In this document: positions 19,429 through 28,864 of the stretch, piece by piece
Numbering within the stretch: the stretch's first letter is position 1
Layout of the letters: every line of letters starts with the position of its first letter
Assembly: GCA_963555755.3 (NCBI GenBank)
Contig: OY820905.2
Span: 1,952,001-2,016,000 of the forward strand
Direction of reading: 5' to 3'
Length of the DNA stretch: 64,000 bases
Origin: Nitrospirales bacterium
GTDB taxonomy: Bacteria; Nitrospirota; Nitrospiria; Nitrospirales; UBA8639
Program-made: the position numbers and the translations under genes
Notes under the pieces: generated by a model
Databases searched by the model: none
What the model saw: only the letters and a program-made list of their open reading frames with translations
Told to the model about the DNA's origin: nothing

Positions 19429-21332
19429 CAGGGCCATTTCATTCTTTTTATAAGCAAGGGATTCCATGAGGTTTTTTGTGCGCTCTTTTTCAGGGCAGGG
19501 CCATGCGGATGGCTAAATGGGGCTTGCCCCAGAGCAGTCTACACGCCTGCGCGATATTGGTGTAGCCTTTCAGGCGTAAGAGACTGATGGCATAGCGTCT
19601 CAGACAGGTCATGACCATTGGGCCATTGAGACTTCGTATCTGACTCCTGTCTTCATCAAAGGTGACGTCCAACACATAATGCTGCTTATTCTCCACACTC
19701 CAATGCTTTCGGTTTTGCGAGAGGATGGTCTTCGGCCCCGCCTTGTCTTTGGACTGACTCGTGACACCGCAGACCGCTTCGACGGTCGTGAGGCCCTGCT
19801 TGAGATGCGTCACTTCCCTCTCAATGCAGAAGACTTGCTGGACATGAGGAAAGTTGACATAGGCATTCAGGGAGTCATCGCACCAGATCCTGCGGGTCGT
19901 GATCTGCCCATGGCCTTTCTCGGTGGTGGCATAATCGCACCGGCGTGCTCGCAACGCTAAGGCCTCAATGTCGTGCTTCAAGGTGGGCTGGTTTCCCTTG
20001 ACGGTGAAGACGAAGTCGGCGCCGCGTTCGTGCACCAGGTACTCGGCAATCTCTTTCTGGGTGAGGAGCGCATCCGCCGTGATCACCTTCCCTGCGATCT
20101 CGAGCGCATCTAACAGGGGCCGCACGCAGGGGATCTCATTGGTCTTGGAGTGAACTTTTTTTGGGTGAGGTGGCGCCCGGCTTGATGGGTGACGGCGCTG
20201 AGGACGTGGGTCTGTTCGCTTGGGACCTTCGACGTCCCCCGCATGGTCTTCCCATCAATGGCAATGCCCTGATCCTCCCCGCCGAAGGTGTCCAGCCACC
20301 GGCCGAGCAGGGTATCGACTTCACAGGGGTCGACGGCCGTGATAAAGCGGTAAAGAGTGCTGCGGCTCGGGACGAGGTAGCGCCCCCCTCGCTGAGTACA
20401 GCCTAGCCGCTTGCGCATCGGCTGCGATAACTGCTGGGCCCAGTCCGAGATCGCTTCATAGCCGCGCGCGCCGCACAAGGTGGCACAGAACATGATCGCC
20501 GTGAGGGCGCGTCGGGTGTGCCGTTGCCCTTGCAAATGGCGGGGATCGGTCAGCTGCACCACATACGTAAAGAGGGAGTCCGTCTGTTTTGTATTCAATC
20601 TCATCTGAGGCGCTTCTCCTTTCTGATAGGGCTGATCAAGCATCGGGCGTGCAAGGATCTCTCGGGCTTGGGGATGCAGCCGCACGACTAGGATGCGCTT
20701 CGGTCTCTCATGCTGAACATAACACGTGTTCGACTTGCGAAACCCTCGTGTCAGACCGAGCTCGTGCCACCCGGCGGCCCGATAGCAGGTCCCGGTGAAG
20801 CGGGCAGGATCGACGAAGGTCTCTAAGAGGAGCAAGGGGTAGCCGTGGTACAGTTGCCAATCGGCCGAGATCCGTTTCGCGCAGAGCGACAGGACTTTCG
20901 AGGCGAGGTTCTTTTGCGAACAGCCCGGCAGCATGAGAAACCAGGTGTTGTTGGCCAGTAAATGGAGTCGTTGCCATTGAAAACAGGGGGGCCAGCCGAT
21001 CCAGTGGTCTCGCGGTCTCGATTTGAGGGCCGCCGCCGCAAACACCAGCAAGGCCAGCCAGCGATCCTGCACACAGGCGAGATATTGTATCGATTGGCCA
21101 ATCAGCGGGGCATGACCGAGGTAGTGGTGTCTGTCGAGAAGGGTCTTGAAGGCGTCCTTTTCGTCTCGGACAATTGGGCGAACCACGACTTGCCTCAGAT
21201 CAATGTCCGGCTGTCCGCTTGGCGATTCGTCTGGCATGCAAAAGAGTATGCCGTAAACGAAAAGAAAAAGCCAGCCTAAATCGATTATTCCTTATTATCT
21301 ATAAAGTTACACTTTAATATGAAATAGCCCTG
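19429..21332 (-). mobile_element. ISAs1-family element carrying a DUF4338-fused transposase
   Basis: TIR CAGGGC(C/T)ATTTCAT; 9-bp duplication CCGCATTCT at 19420-19428 and 21333-21341. Confidence 0.9.
19490..21237 (-). CDS. DUF4338 + ISAs1 transposase, split in two frames by a -1 shift at A-AAA-AAG (20161-20155)
   Basis: ORF1 20110-21237: HHYLG, RDHWIGW, ETFVD..FTGTCYRAAGW, DPRH..G.RH, IAIDGKTMRG. The -1 frame continues KVHSKTNEIP..TADALLTQ..HWSVEN..LDVTFDED to 19490. Confidence 0.85.
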
Positions 21333-21406
21333 CCGCATTCTTCTTCTGGATTCCTCCTTCCTGCCGCGGCACTACGAACAAGAAACCCTACCTCCTCCCT
21401 GAACTC

Positions 21407-22201
21407 CTAATTGGACGCGGAGGGGGTATTAGAATATACCATGGGGTCGGGAATTTTTTTTGATGAACCCTGAATTTCATGGGAGATTTCTTGGTACGCT
21501 CTCTCTTTTAATTCTTCTATTTGATGCGTATCGTATTGGCTGGCGTCAATCGGCGGCAATACTTTTACTTTAATAAAGATTTTTCCAGGCCCCAGCAAAA
21601 AGGAATGTTTTTGTAAAATATCACTGGTCCCTGTAATGGCAATTGGCACAAGATGTGTCTTTTCTTCAATGGCTAAACGAAAAGCTCCCGAGTGAAAAAT
21701 TCTCATTTCTCTGGTTTCGGATCGAGTTCCCTCTGGAAAAATAATAATTGAAACTCCGCGCTGTAGCCATTTCCGACAATCTTGAAGGGCAGCCACTCGG
21801 TTTTTCAGGCTACCTCTTTGAATGGGGATGTAGCGGTTTAAAGACATATTCCACCCAATGAAGGGGATTTTGAATAATGATTCTTTTGCCAGCCATTTAA
21901 ATGGACGGAATAGGCAAAAAAGAACAAAAATGTCGTAAACGGATTGATGATTGGAAACTAGGATATACGTTTTGCCCCATTGAATATTTTTTCGGCCTTC
22001 CACTTCAAGGTGCCATAACGGATTAATTTTAATGCCCAACCAGGCCCAAAAACAGGTGGGCAAGCTGATGATCACTCCTTTGCGATCAAAAGGGAAGGTC
22101 AACAAAAAGATGGTGAGATTGAGCAAGAATAAGGGAAGGGAAATAAGGCCAAAGGATAACCAATAGATTGCCGAATATATCCTGTTTCCCAGATTTCGCA
22201 T
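21407..22201 (-). CDS. 1-acyl-sn-glycerol-3-phosphate acyltransferase (PlsC family)
   Basis: NHQSVYD, FPEGTRS; AT-rich compared with its neighbours. Confidence 0.9.
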   Translation of the reverse strand: MRNLGNRIYSAIYWLSFGLISLPLFLLNLTIFLLTFPFDRKGVIISLPTCFWAWLGIKINPLWHLEVEGRKNIQWGKTYILVSNHQSVYDIFVLFCLFRPFKWLAKESLFKIPFIGWNMSLNRYIPIQRGSLKNRVAALQDCRKWLQRGVSIIIFPEGTRSETREMRIFHSGAFRLAIEEKTHLVPIAITGTSDILQKHSFLLGPGKIFIKVKVLPPIDASQYDTHQIEELKERAYQEISHEIQGSSKKIPDPMVYSNTPSASN

Positions 22202-22521
22202 CAGTTCCTGTATTCAAAATTGTTCAGAGGTTGGAAGAAAACCCTCCGGAAAATGATTCCGCTTAATTTACGATCCATTTACGACTAAAAATAGTTTCGT
22301 GTGTAATACGAGACAATGTCAACCAGTAGGCATTTAGTAGGAGGCAGAATCATGAGCCAAACTCTAATGTGCCTTCTCAATGCCATGTTCTTTTTTGGGA
22401 GGCCCAGTGGGAAGAGCAATCTTAGAGAGGAGCGGGTTCCCGTGAGAAGAAGCCAGCCACATGCCCTGGGAGGATGATCATGGAACGAGTCGCCACCAGG
22501 GATTTCCTCACGCCTGAGGTT

Positions 22522-22552
22522 ACAAAAAAAAGGGTAGCGCCTCTTTTTTGTA
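22522..22552. terminator. bidirectional intrinsic-terminator-like hairpin
   Basis: tacaaaaaaaagggtagcgcctcttttttgta. Confidence 0.5.
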
Positions 22553-22627
22553 GGTCCTTATTGCTTTAATGAACTTTCTCCGGCAAATTCCCTGAGATCA
22601 AATCCAACTATTCTCCTCAAAAAACCA

Positions 22628-23272
22628 ATGCGCGCCAAAATTTGCGGAATAAAAACCGTTAAGGATGCCAAGCTCGCTCAGAAATGCGGGGCAGATGCCA
22701 TTGGTGTACTAGTCGGAAGAGTACATCGGTCGAATGATTTTGTATCGTCCAAAACCGCAGCCGAGATATGCCGAGCCGTTGGACCGTTCATAACCACCGT
22801 TCTGGTTACGCACTTCGAAGACCTAGTCAAAATACTCAAGCTGGCTAAACAAGTTCCCACCTCGGCCATTCAACTACACTGTGACCTTCCATCCCGAACT
22901 ATCAAAAGCCTGACTCGGAAACTATTCCCTCGAAAAATGATCGCCAAGGTGAGCGTCGATGGGCCAGAAGCCATTCACCGTGCCCGCAAGTTATACAACG
23001 TGGCGGACGTCCTATTGCTAGACTCCATTAATAAACGAACCAACAAGGTCGGCGGCACAGGCCACACCCACGACTGGTCAATCTCCGCTCAGATTGTTCG
23101 AGAGTCACCAATTCCCGTCATCCTCGCCGGCGGGCTCACCCCCAAAAACGTGCAATCTGCCATTGAAAAGGTCAAACCCTACGGAGTGGATGTCAACACA
23201 GGCGTGAAAAATCAAAAAGGCGGGAAAAGCCAACGACTGATTCAGGAATTTATTCAAGCAGCAAAAGCCTAA
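22628..23272 (+). CDS. trpF: phosphoribosylanthranilate isomerase family protein
   Basis: KICGI, QLH, LLLDS, GGTG, ILAGGLTPKNV, GVDVNTGV. Confidence 0.85.
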   Translation: MRAKICGIKTVKDAKLAQKCGADAIGVLVGRVHRSNDFVSSKTAAEICRAVGPFITTVLVTHFEDLVKILKLAKQVPTSAIQLHCDLPSRTIKSLTRKLFPRKMIAKVSVDGPEAIHRARKLYNVADVLLLDSINKRTNKVGGTGHTHDWSISAQIVRESPIPVILAGGLTPKNVQSAIEKVKPYGVDVNTGVKNQKGGKSQRLIQEFIQAAKA

Positions 23273-23299
23273 CTTCAGATAGATAAAATTCTACATGAA

Positions 23300-23702
23300 G
23301 TCGGCCGCCTTCGGCGTGGCTGAGCCTTAGGGTTCGCGCAAGAATAACTTCCCCTGTTTGGGCGTCGATCCATCCCGTCTGGCGGCGTTGCTCGTCCTTT
23401 CCATACGAGGAGTATGCGCAGTCCTCGCGCCTTGCCAGACAGGTGTCTCAGCACCCAAACAGGGGAAGTTATTCTTGCGCGAACCCTTAGTACCGAATTC
23501 GACATTTTGGCGAGCGCTGTTTGAGTCCCTCGACAAGGCTCAGGATAGACTCCGCGAGTTGCGCAGCCATATAATTCGGTGCTGTGGTGAGGGAACCCCC
23601 GGGGCCACGACGGGGGGAAATGGTTGTAGGTCCTTTTGCCGAAACCAAAGAGCCTGTCCCAAGTCCGTCGAGGGAACCTCGTCGGCGGGGGCGAAACCCC
23701 GC
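23300..23702 (-). repeat. diverged family D repeat interrupted by family A
   Basis: GGTCCTTTTGCCGAAAC..GGCGAAACCCCGC end; family A inserted at TTA. Confidence 0.7.
23330..23486. mobile_element. 157-bp MITE, family A
   Basis: TIRs present; TTA on both flanks. Confidence 0.88.
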
Positions 23703-23715
23703 TTAAATAAAACCC

Positions 23716-24081
23716 TTATGAACGACTTAAAAGATATTCCCTCAAAGCTATCGCATTATTATAAGATTCGTTCTTAGCAGAAAAAAGAAACGTGACTTTG
23801 CCTTCCCATGTATGTTGAGTCAGTTGATCAACCAGATCCTGTTGTTGATCTAATTCTTTGAAATAGCGGCGTTTAAATTCTTCCCATTTCTCTGAATCAT
23901 GATTGAACCACTTCCGCAAAGAATCGGAGGGAGCGATTTCTCTAAGCCAGAGGTCGATTTTAGCGTCGTCTTTTTTGATTCCACGAGGCCAGAGTCGATC
24001 GATGAGAAGGCGAAAGCCATCATCAGGATTTGGGGATTCGTAGATTCGTTTGACGCGAATGGAGAATTTCTTTTTTGGCAA
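23716..24081 (-). CDS. DUF488 / YeaO family protein
   Basis: KRIYE, DRLWPRGIKK, APSDSLRKWF, NNAIAL. Confidence 0.9.
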   Translation of the reverse strand: MPKKKFSIRVKRIYESPNPDDGFRLLIDRLWPRGIKKDDAKIDLWLREIAPSDSLRKWFNHDSEKWEEFKRRYFKELDQQQDLVDQLTQHTWEGKVTFLFSAKNESYNNAIALREYLLSRS

Positions 24082-24201
24082 GCCTCCGCCTCACATATTC
24101 AAGAAACAATAATTAGCCTGGATTCCCGCTTACGACCGCGGGAATGACCATTTTGATACGGGCATCAGGCATATGCGGCACTCATTTGCCAATCACAATT
24201 T

Positions 24202-24804
24202 TCACTTCACGATCGACGCTGGCTGACCCCATTGTCCGCTAAACACAAACTCTGACAGAGGCTTCCTTGTGCGTATGGCCTGTTCCCGTTGAGCGAGTTC
24301 TTCAGGAAGAAGCGTGGGATCGCCTACATACCCCAAGGCCAAACCCGCCACGGGTTCGAACCCTTGTGGCACTCTGTACAGCTCTCGTATGCGATCTGGA
24401 AGAATGCCAGCCATTTGATGAAGGCTGAGGCCTAGCGTGGTGGCTTGTATCACCAAATTGCCCACGGCCAACCCGACGTCGTGCCAGGCATGAGGATTCG
24501 CTTTGCTATTATGATCAAAAGTGGACTTGGCGACGGTTAACATTAAAACTGGCGCCAACTTGGCCCATGTCTGATTGCCTTCGACAAGACAGGAGAGCAT
24601 GCGTTCGTATTCCTGCGGCGTGGACTTGGTCGCGACGATGAACTGCCAAGGTTGTTCGTTAAAACACGACGACGCCCACCGCGCGGCTTCAAACAGAATC
24701 GTTAATTGTTCGTCAGCAATCGGACGATCGGCAAAAGCCCTGGGGCTCCACCGTCGTTGAAGCGGGCCGTGAAATGGGTAACTGGTTTCAGCGGGTTTTT
24801 CCAT
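24202..24804 (-). CDS. nitroreductase family protein
   Basis: RRWSPRAF, EAARWASSCFNEQPW, HQMAG; start ATG 24804. Confidence 0.9.
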   Translation of the reverse strand: MEKPAETSYPFHGPLQRRWSPRAFADRPIADEQLTILFEAARWASSCFNEQPWQFIVATKSTPQEYERMLSCLVEGNQTWAKLAPVLMLTVAKSTFDHNSKANPHAWHDVGLAVGNLVIQATTLGLSLHQMAGILPDRIRELYRVPQGFEPVAGLALGYVGDPTLLPEELAQREQAIRTRKPLSEFVFSGQWGQPASIVK

Positions 24805-25297
24805 GATGTGCTCTTTCTTTTTTCTTCGCCGGAGACAACGGTTTTGATTGAAAACTATCCTGTAGACGAATGAGTTGAGTTCGTAAAGCTTCCACATCTT
24901 TCGTCGTAAACGCCTGCTGGATAAAGGGCCGCATAAACTCGGCATGAGCTGGAAACGCTTTGCAAAACAACTCTTCCCCCTTGGCCGTCAAGCGCACGCG
25001 AATGGCTCGCCGATCACCCTTGACGCCTTGCCGTTCCAGCAATCTTTTTCCTTCCAAACGGTCCAACACACCGGTGAGCGTCCCCTTGGTAATCAGCGTC
25101 GCTTCTCCGAGTTCAGCACATGTCAGGCCCTCCGTTCCACCAAGCTCTGCCAACACATCAAATTGCGGCCCCGTCAGCCCCATGCTTTCGATATGCCGAC
25201 TACCGACACGATAAAACCCCAAATAGGCCTGCACCAGCGGACGGATTAATCGCAAATACGGGTCACGTTGAAAGTCCAGAATTTTGGTACGCGCCAT
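24788..25297 (-). CDS. MarR family transcriptional regulator
   Basis: GLTGPQFDVL, TLTGVLDRLE, DRRAIRVRLT. Confidence 0.9.
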   Translation of the reverse strand: MARTKILDFQRDPYLRLIRPLVQAYLGFYRVGSRHIESMGLTGPQFDVLAELGGTEGLTCAELGEATLITKGTLTGVLDRLEGKRLLERQGVKGDRRAIRVRLTAKGEELFCKAFPAHAEFMRPFIQQAFTTKDVEALRTQLIRLQDSFQSKPLSPAKKKERAHHGKTR

Positions 25298-25374
25298 GCT
25301 TCAAGCCTCTTGATTCAACATTGGCATTCGTGCATCTCGTTCCCAACATCATCACATAACATGTTAAAGAAACA

Positions 25375-26031
25375 TCATTCTTTCGTATCGGGATACTCTA
25401 TGGAACCTGTCCGAAAAAATGCCCCAGCCTCGGGAACGATCCAGTCCGCATCCTCAACCATTTCTAACGGGGAAACCGCATCACCGACTGGATCCTCTGA
25501 GGGTTCTTGGGTCCCCTCATCAACAGGCTCTTCGTCGAACTCATCGTGTTCCAAAGTATGCCAGTCACTGGACATTGGTCTGAGCAAAAAATCCGTATCC
25601 CAAAAATAAATGGTCACGATCGCTTCCCCATCGACGCGACCGATTCGAAATGCCCCAATGGCCCTCGACCCCTGGGGGTCGTCTTCAACCAAGTCGTTAT
25701 GGGTTGCGCAAAAATTTTGAAGACATTCGTAGAGCACCGACCAGTGCACATCCAGGAGGTGATACACCGAGGCGTCCCGCGTTGCCGCTAATAATTGCGC
25801 CATCAATCGAATGGCCGTATACGGACCAAAGGCTGAAGAGCTTTCGGGATAGAGGCCTTCCCACGAATCAATCGCCCCATCAGCCGCGAGGTTTTTCACC
25901 TCGGTCATTTCACTCAGCAAGGCTTCCTCCAAGATGGCTTCAAAGACGGCATCGGGTTTGGTTTGAAAGTAAATCACAGTTCCCTTGTTTTCAATCCGGG
26001 CAATTTCCATTAAGCATGACGCAAAATTCAT
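25375..26031 (-). CDS. hypothetical protein (acidic C-terminus)
   Basis: 218-codon ORF co-oriented with marR; start uncertain. Confidence 0.6.
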   Translation of the reverse strand: MNFASCLMEIARIENKGTVIYFQTKPDAVFEAILEEALLSEMTEVKNLAADGAIDSWEGLYPESSSAFGPYTAIRLMAQLLAATRDASVYHLLDVHWSVLYECLQNFCATHNDLVEDDPQGSRAIGAFRIGRVDGEAIVTIYFWDTDFLLRPMSSDWHTLEHDEFDEEPVDEGTQEPSEDPVGDAVSPLEMVEDADWIVPEAGAFFRTGSIEYPDTKE

Positions 26032-26055
26032 TTCGCCACACAGTCTGCTCCTTTC

Positions 26056-26369
26056 AACCTAGAAACGGCAGTTGGGCGCAAAAAAGACGTGTGAGATATT
26101 GGTGTGCATGGTGAAATACAAAAAGTCGTAGTCACCCAAGGGCTCGCGCAAGAATAACTTCCCCCGTTTGGGCGGCGATCCATCCCGTCTGGCAGCGTTG
26201 CTCGTCCTTTCCATACGAGGAGTATGCGCAGGCCTCGCGCCTTGCCAGACAGGTGTCTCAACACCCAAACGGGGGAAGTTATTCTTGCGCGAGCCCTTAG
26301 TGGTGATGAGACATTTTTGTATTGTGCCAGATGCGCGGACTTTTGTGATCCAACTGCCGTTTCTCAGTT
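26056..26369. mobile_element. MITE family E with nested family A
   Basis: TIR AACCTAGAAACGGCAGTTGG / CCAACTGCCGTTTCTCAGTT; second copy at 40436. Confidence 0.8.
26140..26296. mobile_element. 157-bp MITE, family A
   Basis: TIR GGGCTCGCGCAAGAATAACTTCCCC. Confidence 0.88.
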
Positions 26370-26509
26370 CATAGCACAAAAGCCCATCTTAAAGAAAATG
26401 GTACAGGATTCAGCTATTCGTTTCTAATGCTTTTCTTTTGAGGCTTTTGAAAAAAAAATTCTATATTGCCGTTCGTACGTGCTCCTTTGAAGAAACCTCA
26501 AGAGCAACA

Positions 26510-26844
26510 GGTGATGTTCAAAACCTGTCCTGAGCCAACGCCGAAGGAAGGTGTGCTCAGTCCTGTCCTGAGCTTGTCGAAGGAAAGGCCGCAGGCGCTC
26601 CCGGCATACGTAGCCACTCCTGGCCTCCGTAGCCACTTCGGCGGAGGTGGCTCGGCGGAGTAGGCTTGGCGTGCGGAGCGTACGGGAGTATATGAGCACG
26701 ACAAAGGACCGACCTGCCTGCACGCTTGCGCGTTGTAGCGGCTACAGCGCGTAAACGCGAAGCCGTTTCTACGTAGGCAGGGAACGCTTCTGGCTTGTCT
26801 GCCGTAGCTTTGACGAAGGCTGACGCCCTCTTTCAACATTCCCC
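26510..26844. repeat. expanded family B copy with several inserted REP-like hairpins
   Basis: gatgttcaaaa...ttcaacattccc ends; internal CCTGTCCTGAGCTTGTCGAAGG and similar units. Confidence 0.65.
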
Positions 26845-26985
26845 TTTTGAGTATTCCCACGAAGGGCAGACACAGTCAAAAAGGGGCTAGGGGCTAGGAA
26901 AAAGAAACTTGGCCCCTCGGAGAAATGGCCTATTCGCCTCAGGGTAAATGGTCAGATGAGGAAGGAGGGGAAGGTGCGGCACCAA

Positions 26986-27167
26986 GGGCCTGTTAAAAAA
27001 TAACCTGGGCAAAATCGCGCCTAGATTTGGGTCGGATTTTGGACGTAACGATTGAGAAAAAGCCGAGGCATAGCACTGCTATGAAGAGACCTTTTCGATT
27101 GAAGTGCGTTCAAAGGTGGGCCGAAGATGGGACGGGATTTTGTCCAAGTTATTTTTTTAACAGGCCC
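26986..27167. mobile_element. MITE family C
   Basis: TIR GGGCCTGTTAAAAAA(A)TAAC. Confidence 0.85.
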
Positions 27168-28480
27168 TCAGAGGAGGCATGTTGTATCTCAGGCATAAAA
27201 CACAGATCGTCCTGAATGCCTTCTTCAAACGGATTCAATATTCGTAAGACACGAACAGACGTGTTGTCTGATGTGTACTTGGACAAGTCCACAACACACG
27301 GAGTGGCAAGCTTTTCCCGCGTGTGACTCCACACCAGTTTTATGGTTGGAAGCATCTGATCGGCCTGATTACCCGACACCACCCAACCCCGTGCTCCTGT
27401 ACTGAGTTCGACCAAGCTGCCAACCGGATAGAGCCCCAAACATTGGATCAGTTTTACTACCCATTCCATGGAAAACTCACCATCAATCCCCAATTGATAC
27501 AATCGACGAACGACAAGGGCTGGCGGAGTCGGTGAGCGCCCGCCCCGTTTGCTGACTAAGGCATCATACTGGTCCACGAGACCGACTAATTGAGCCAAGG
27601 TTGAAATCGTCGTCCCTTTTCGTCCCCAGGGATATCCCAATCCATTCACGCGTTCATGATGTTCCAACACAATGCGCCGAGACACTTCGGACATATTTTC
27701 GGCCTTGGACAAAATCGAAGAACCGAGTTTAGGATGGGTCAAATAGAGATTGTGCTCTTCCTTTGAAAAGTCTCCCCTTTTCGAAAGAAGATTCCGTGGC
27801 AAACGAAGTTGTCCCACATCATGCAACAAGGCCCCAATGGCCAGGTCTTGTAACTGGAGTTCGGTCATCTGCGACCGATGCCCCACCACTAAGGCTAGCA
27901 CGCACACATCCACGGCATGGGAAAAGAGCGAGGCATCAAATTGTATCATCCGTTGCAACTGCGCATCGACAAGCATGTTGCCTTCCCGAGCCTTCAAACA
28001 ATCCAATAAGGTTTCCGTCACGTCACGCAGAGGCCCCACGTCCAAAACCACCCCGGTTTTGATCCCTTCAAACACCTGTTTAATGGCAGAAATTGCCTTG
28101 GAACGAACCTCTTGAGCAAGGCGAAGCTCTTCTTCAAACGCCGCCAGATCAAAGGTTTTTTCCAAAACAGGCCCGGCTTCATCTAGCTCCCATTCGCCTC
28201 GATTCTCGCGGGGAAGTTCAGCCATATCCGTCACCTGAAAAGACGCCCCCTTCTCTAAATCCGCGCACACATTCATCTCGCTGGAAGACTCCTCAACATC
28301 AAGACCCTGTTCAGGATCGATCGTGACTTCACGAACTCCGGATTGCTTGAGTTTAAAAATAACAGCATGTGATTTCACAGAACCCCGATGAATCCAAAAC
28401 GGAGATTTGAGCCACGACAGGTCCAGGCCAGCCAAATACATTCCCGGTTTCAATTGCTCAATAGGGATACGTCGTTGCAT
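27149..28480 (-). CDS. HD-GYP domain c-di-GMP phosphodiesterase with DUF3391-like N-terminus
   Basis: QLKPGMY, LLHDVG, HHERVNGLGYP. Confidence 0.88.
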   Translation of the reverse strand: MQRRIPIEQLKPGMYLAGLDLSWLKSPFWIHRGSVKSHAVIFKLKQSGVREVTIDPEQGLDVEESSSEMNVCADLEKGASFQVTDMAELPRENRGEWELDEAGPVLEKTFDLAAFEEELRLAQEVRSKAISAIKQVFEGIKTGVVLDVGPLRDVTETLLDCLKAREGNMLVDAQLQRMIQFDASLFSHAVDVCVLALVVGHRSQMTELQLQDLAIGALLHDVGQLRLPRNLLSKRGDFSKEEHNLYLTHPKLGSSILSKAENMSEVSRRIVLEHHERVNGLGYPWGRKGTTISTLAQLVGLVDQYDALVSKRGGRSPTPPALVVRRLYQLGIDGEFSMEWVVKLIQCLGLYPVGSLVELSTGARGWVVSGNQADQMLPTIKLVWSHTREKLATPCVVDLSKYTSDNTSVRVLRILNPFEEGIQDDLCFMPEIQHASSEGLLKK

Positions 28481-28864
28481 ACCAAAGACCTCACGAATTT
28501 TCACGAAAAGGCATGTCAAAGAAGTGCGAAAAATAAATATTCAAGGGGCGTGCTAAGCAAACTGGTCTGATCCCTTTATAAAAGAAGGGGCCGCAGACGG
28601 ACTATAATGACTCCTAAACAATTTGTCGGTTAATCAAAGACGACCTTGAGCCAACAAATCTGCTGGTTCCTTTATTTTCTTACTGGTTTATTGTGAGTAA
28701 AACATATTTCTAAACATTTTAATTAAATAGAATTACGTAAAAAAACAAAAAAATTCCTTACGCTTTGAGTACTTGTGTAATTATTTTTGGAATTTGGTAT
28801 TGCGACACAGGTTTACATCTCTTATCCTGAGATATGGTTTAATTGCATTTCCCACTAGCCCATC

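Noticed and set aside
22380..22560. Riboswitch or T-box upstream of trpF
   Set aside because: No recognisable conserved motifs; an Rfam scan would be needed
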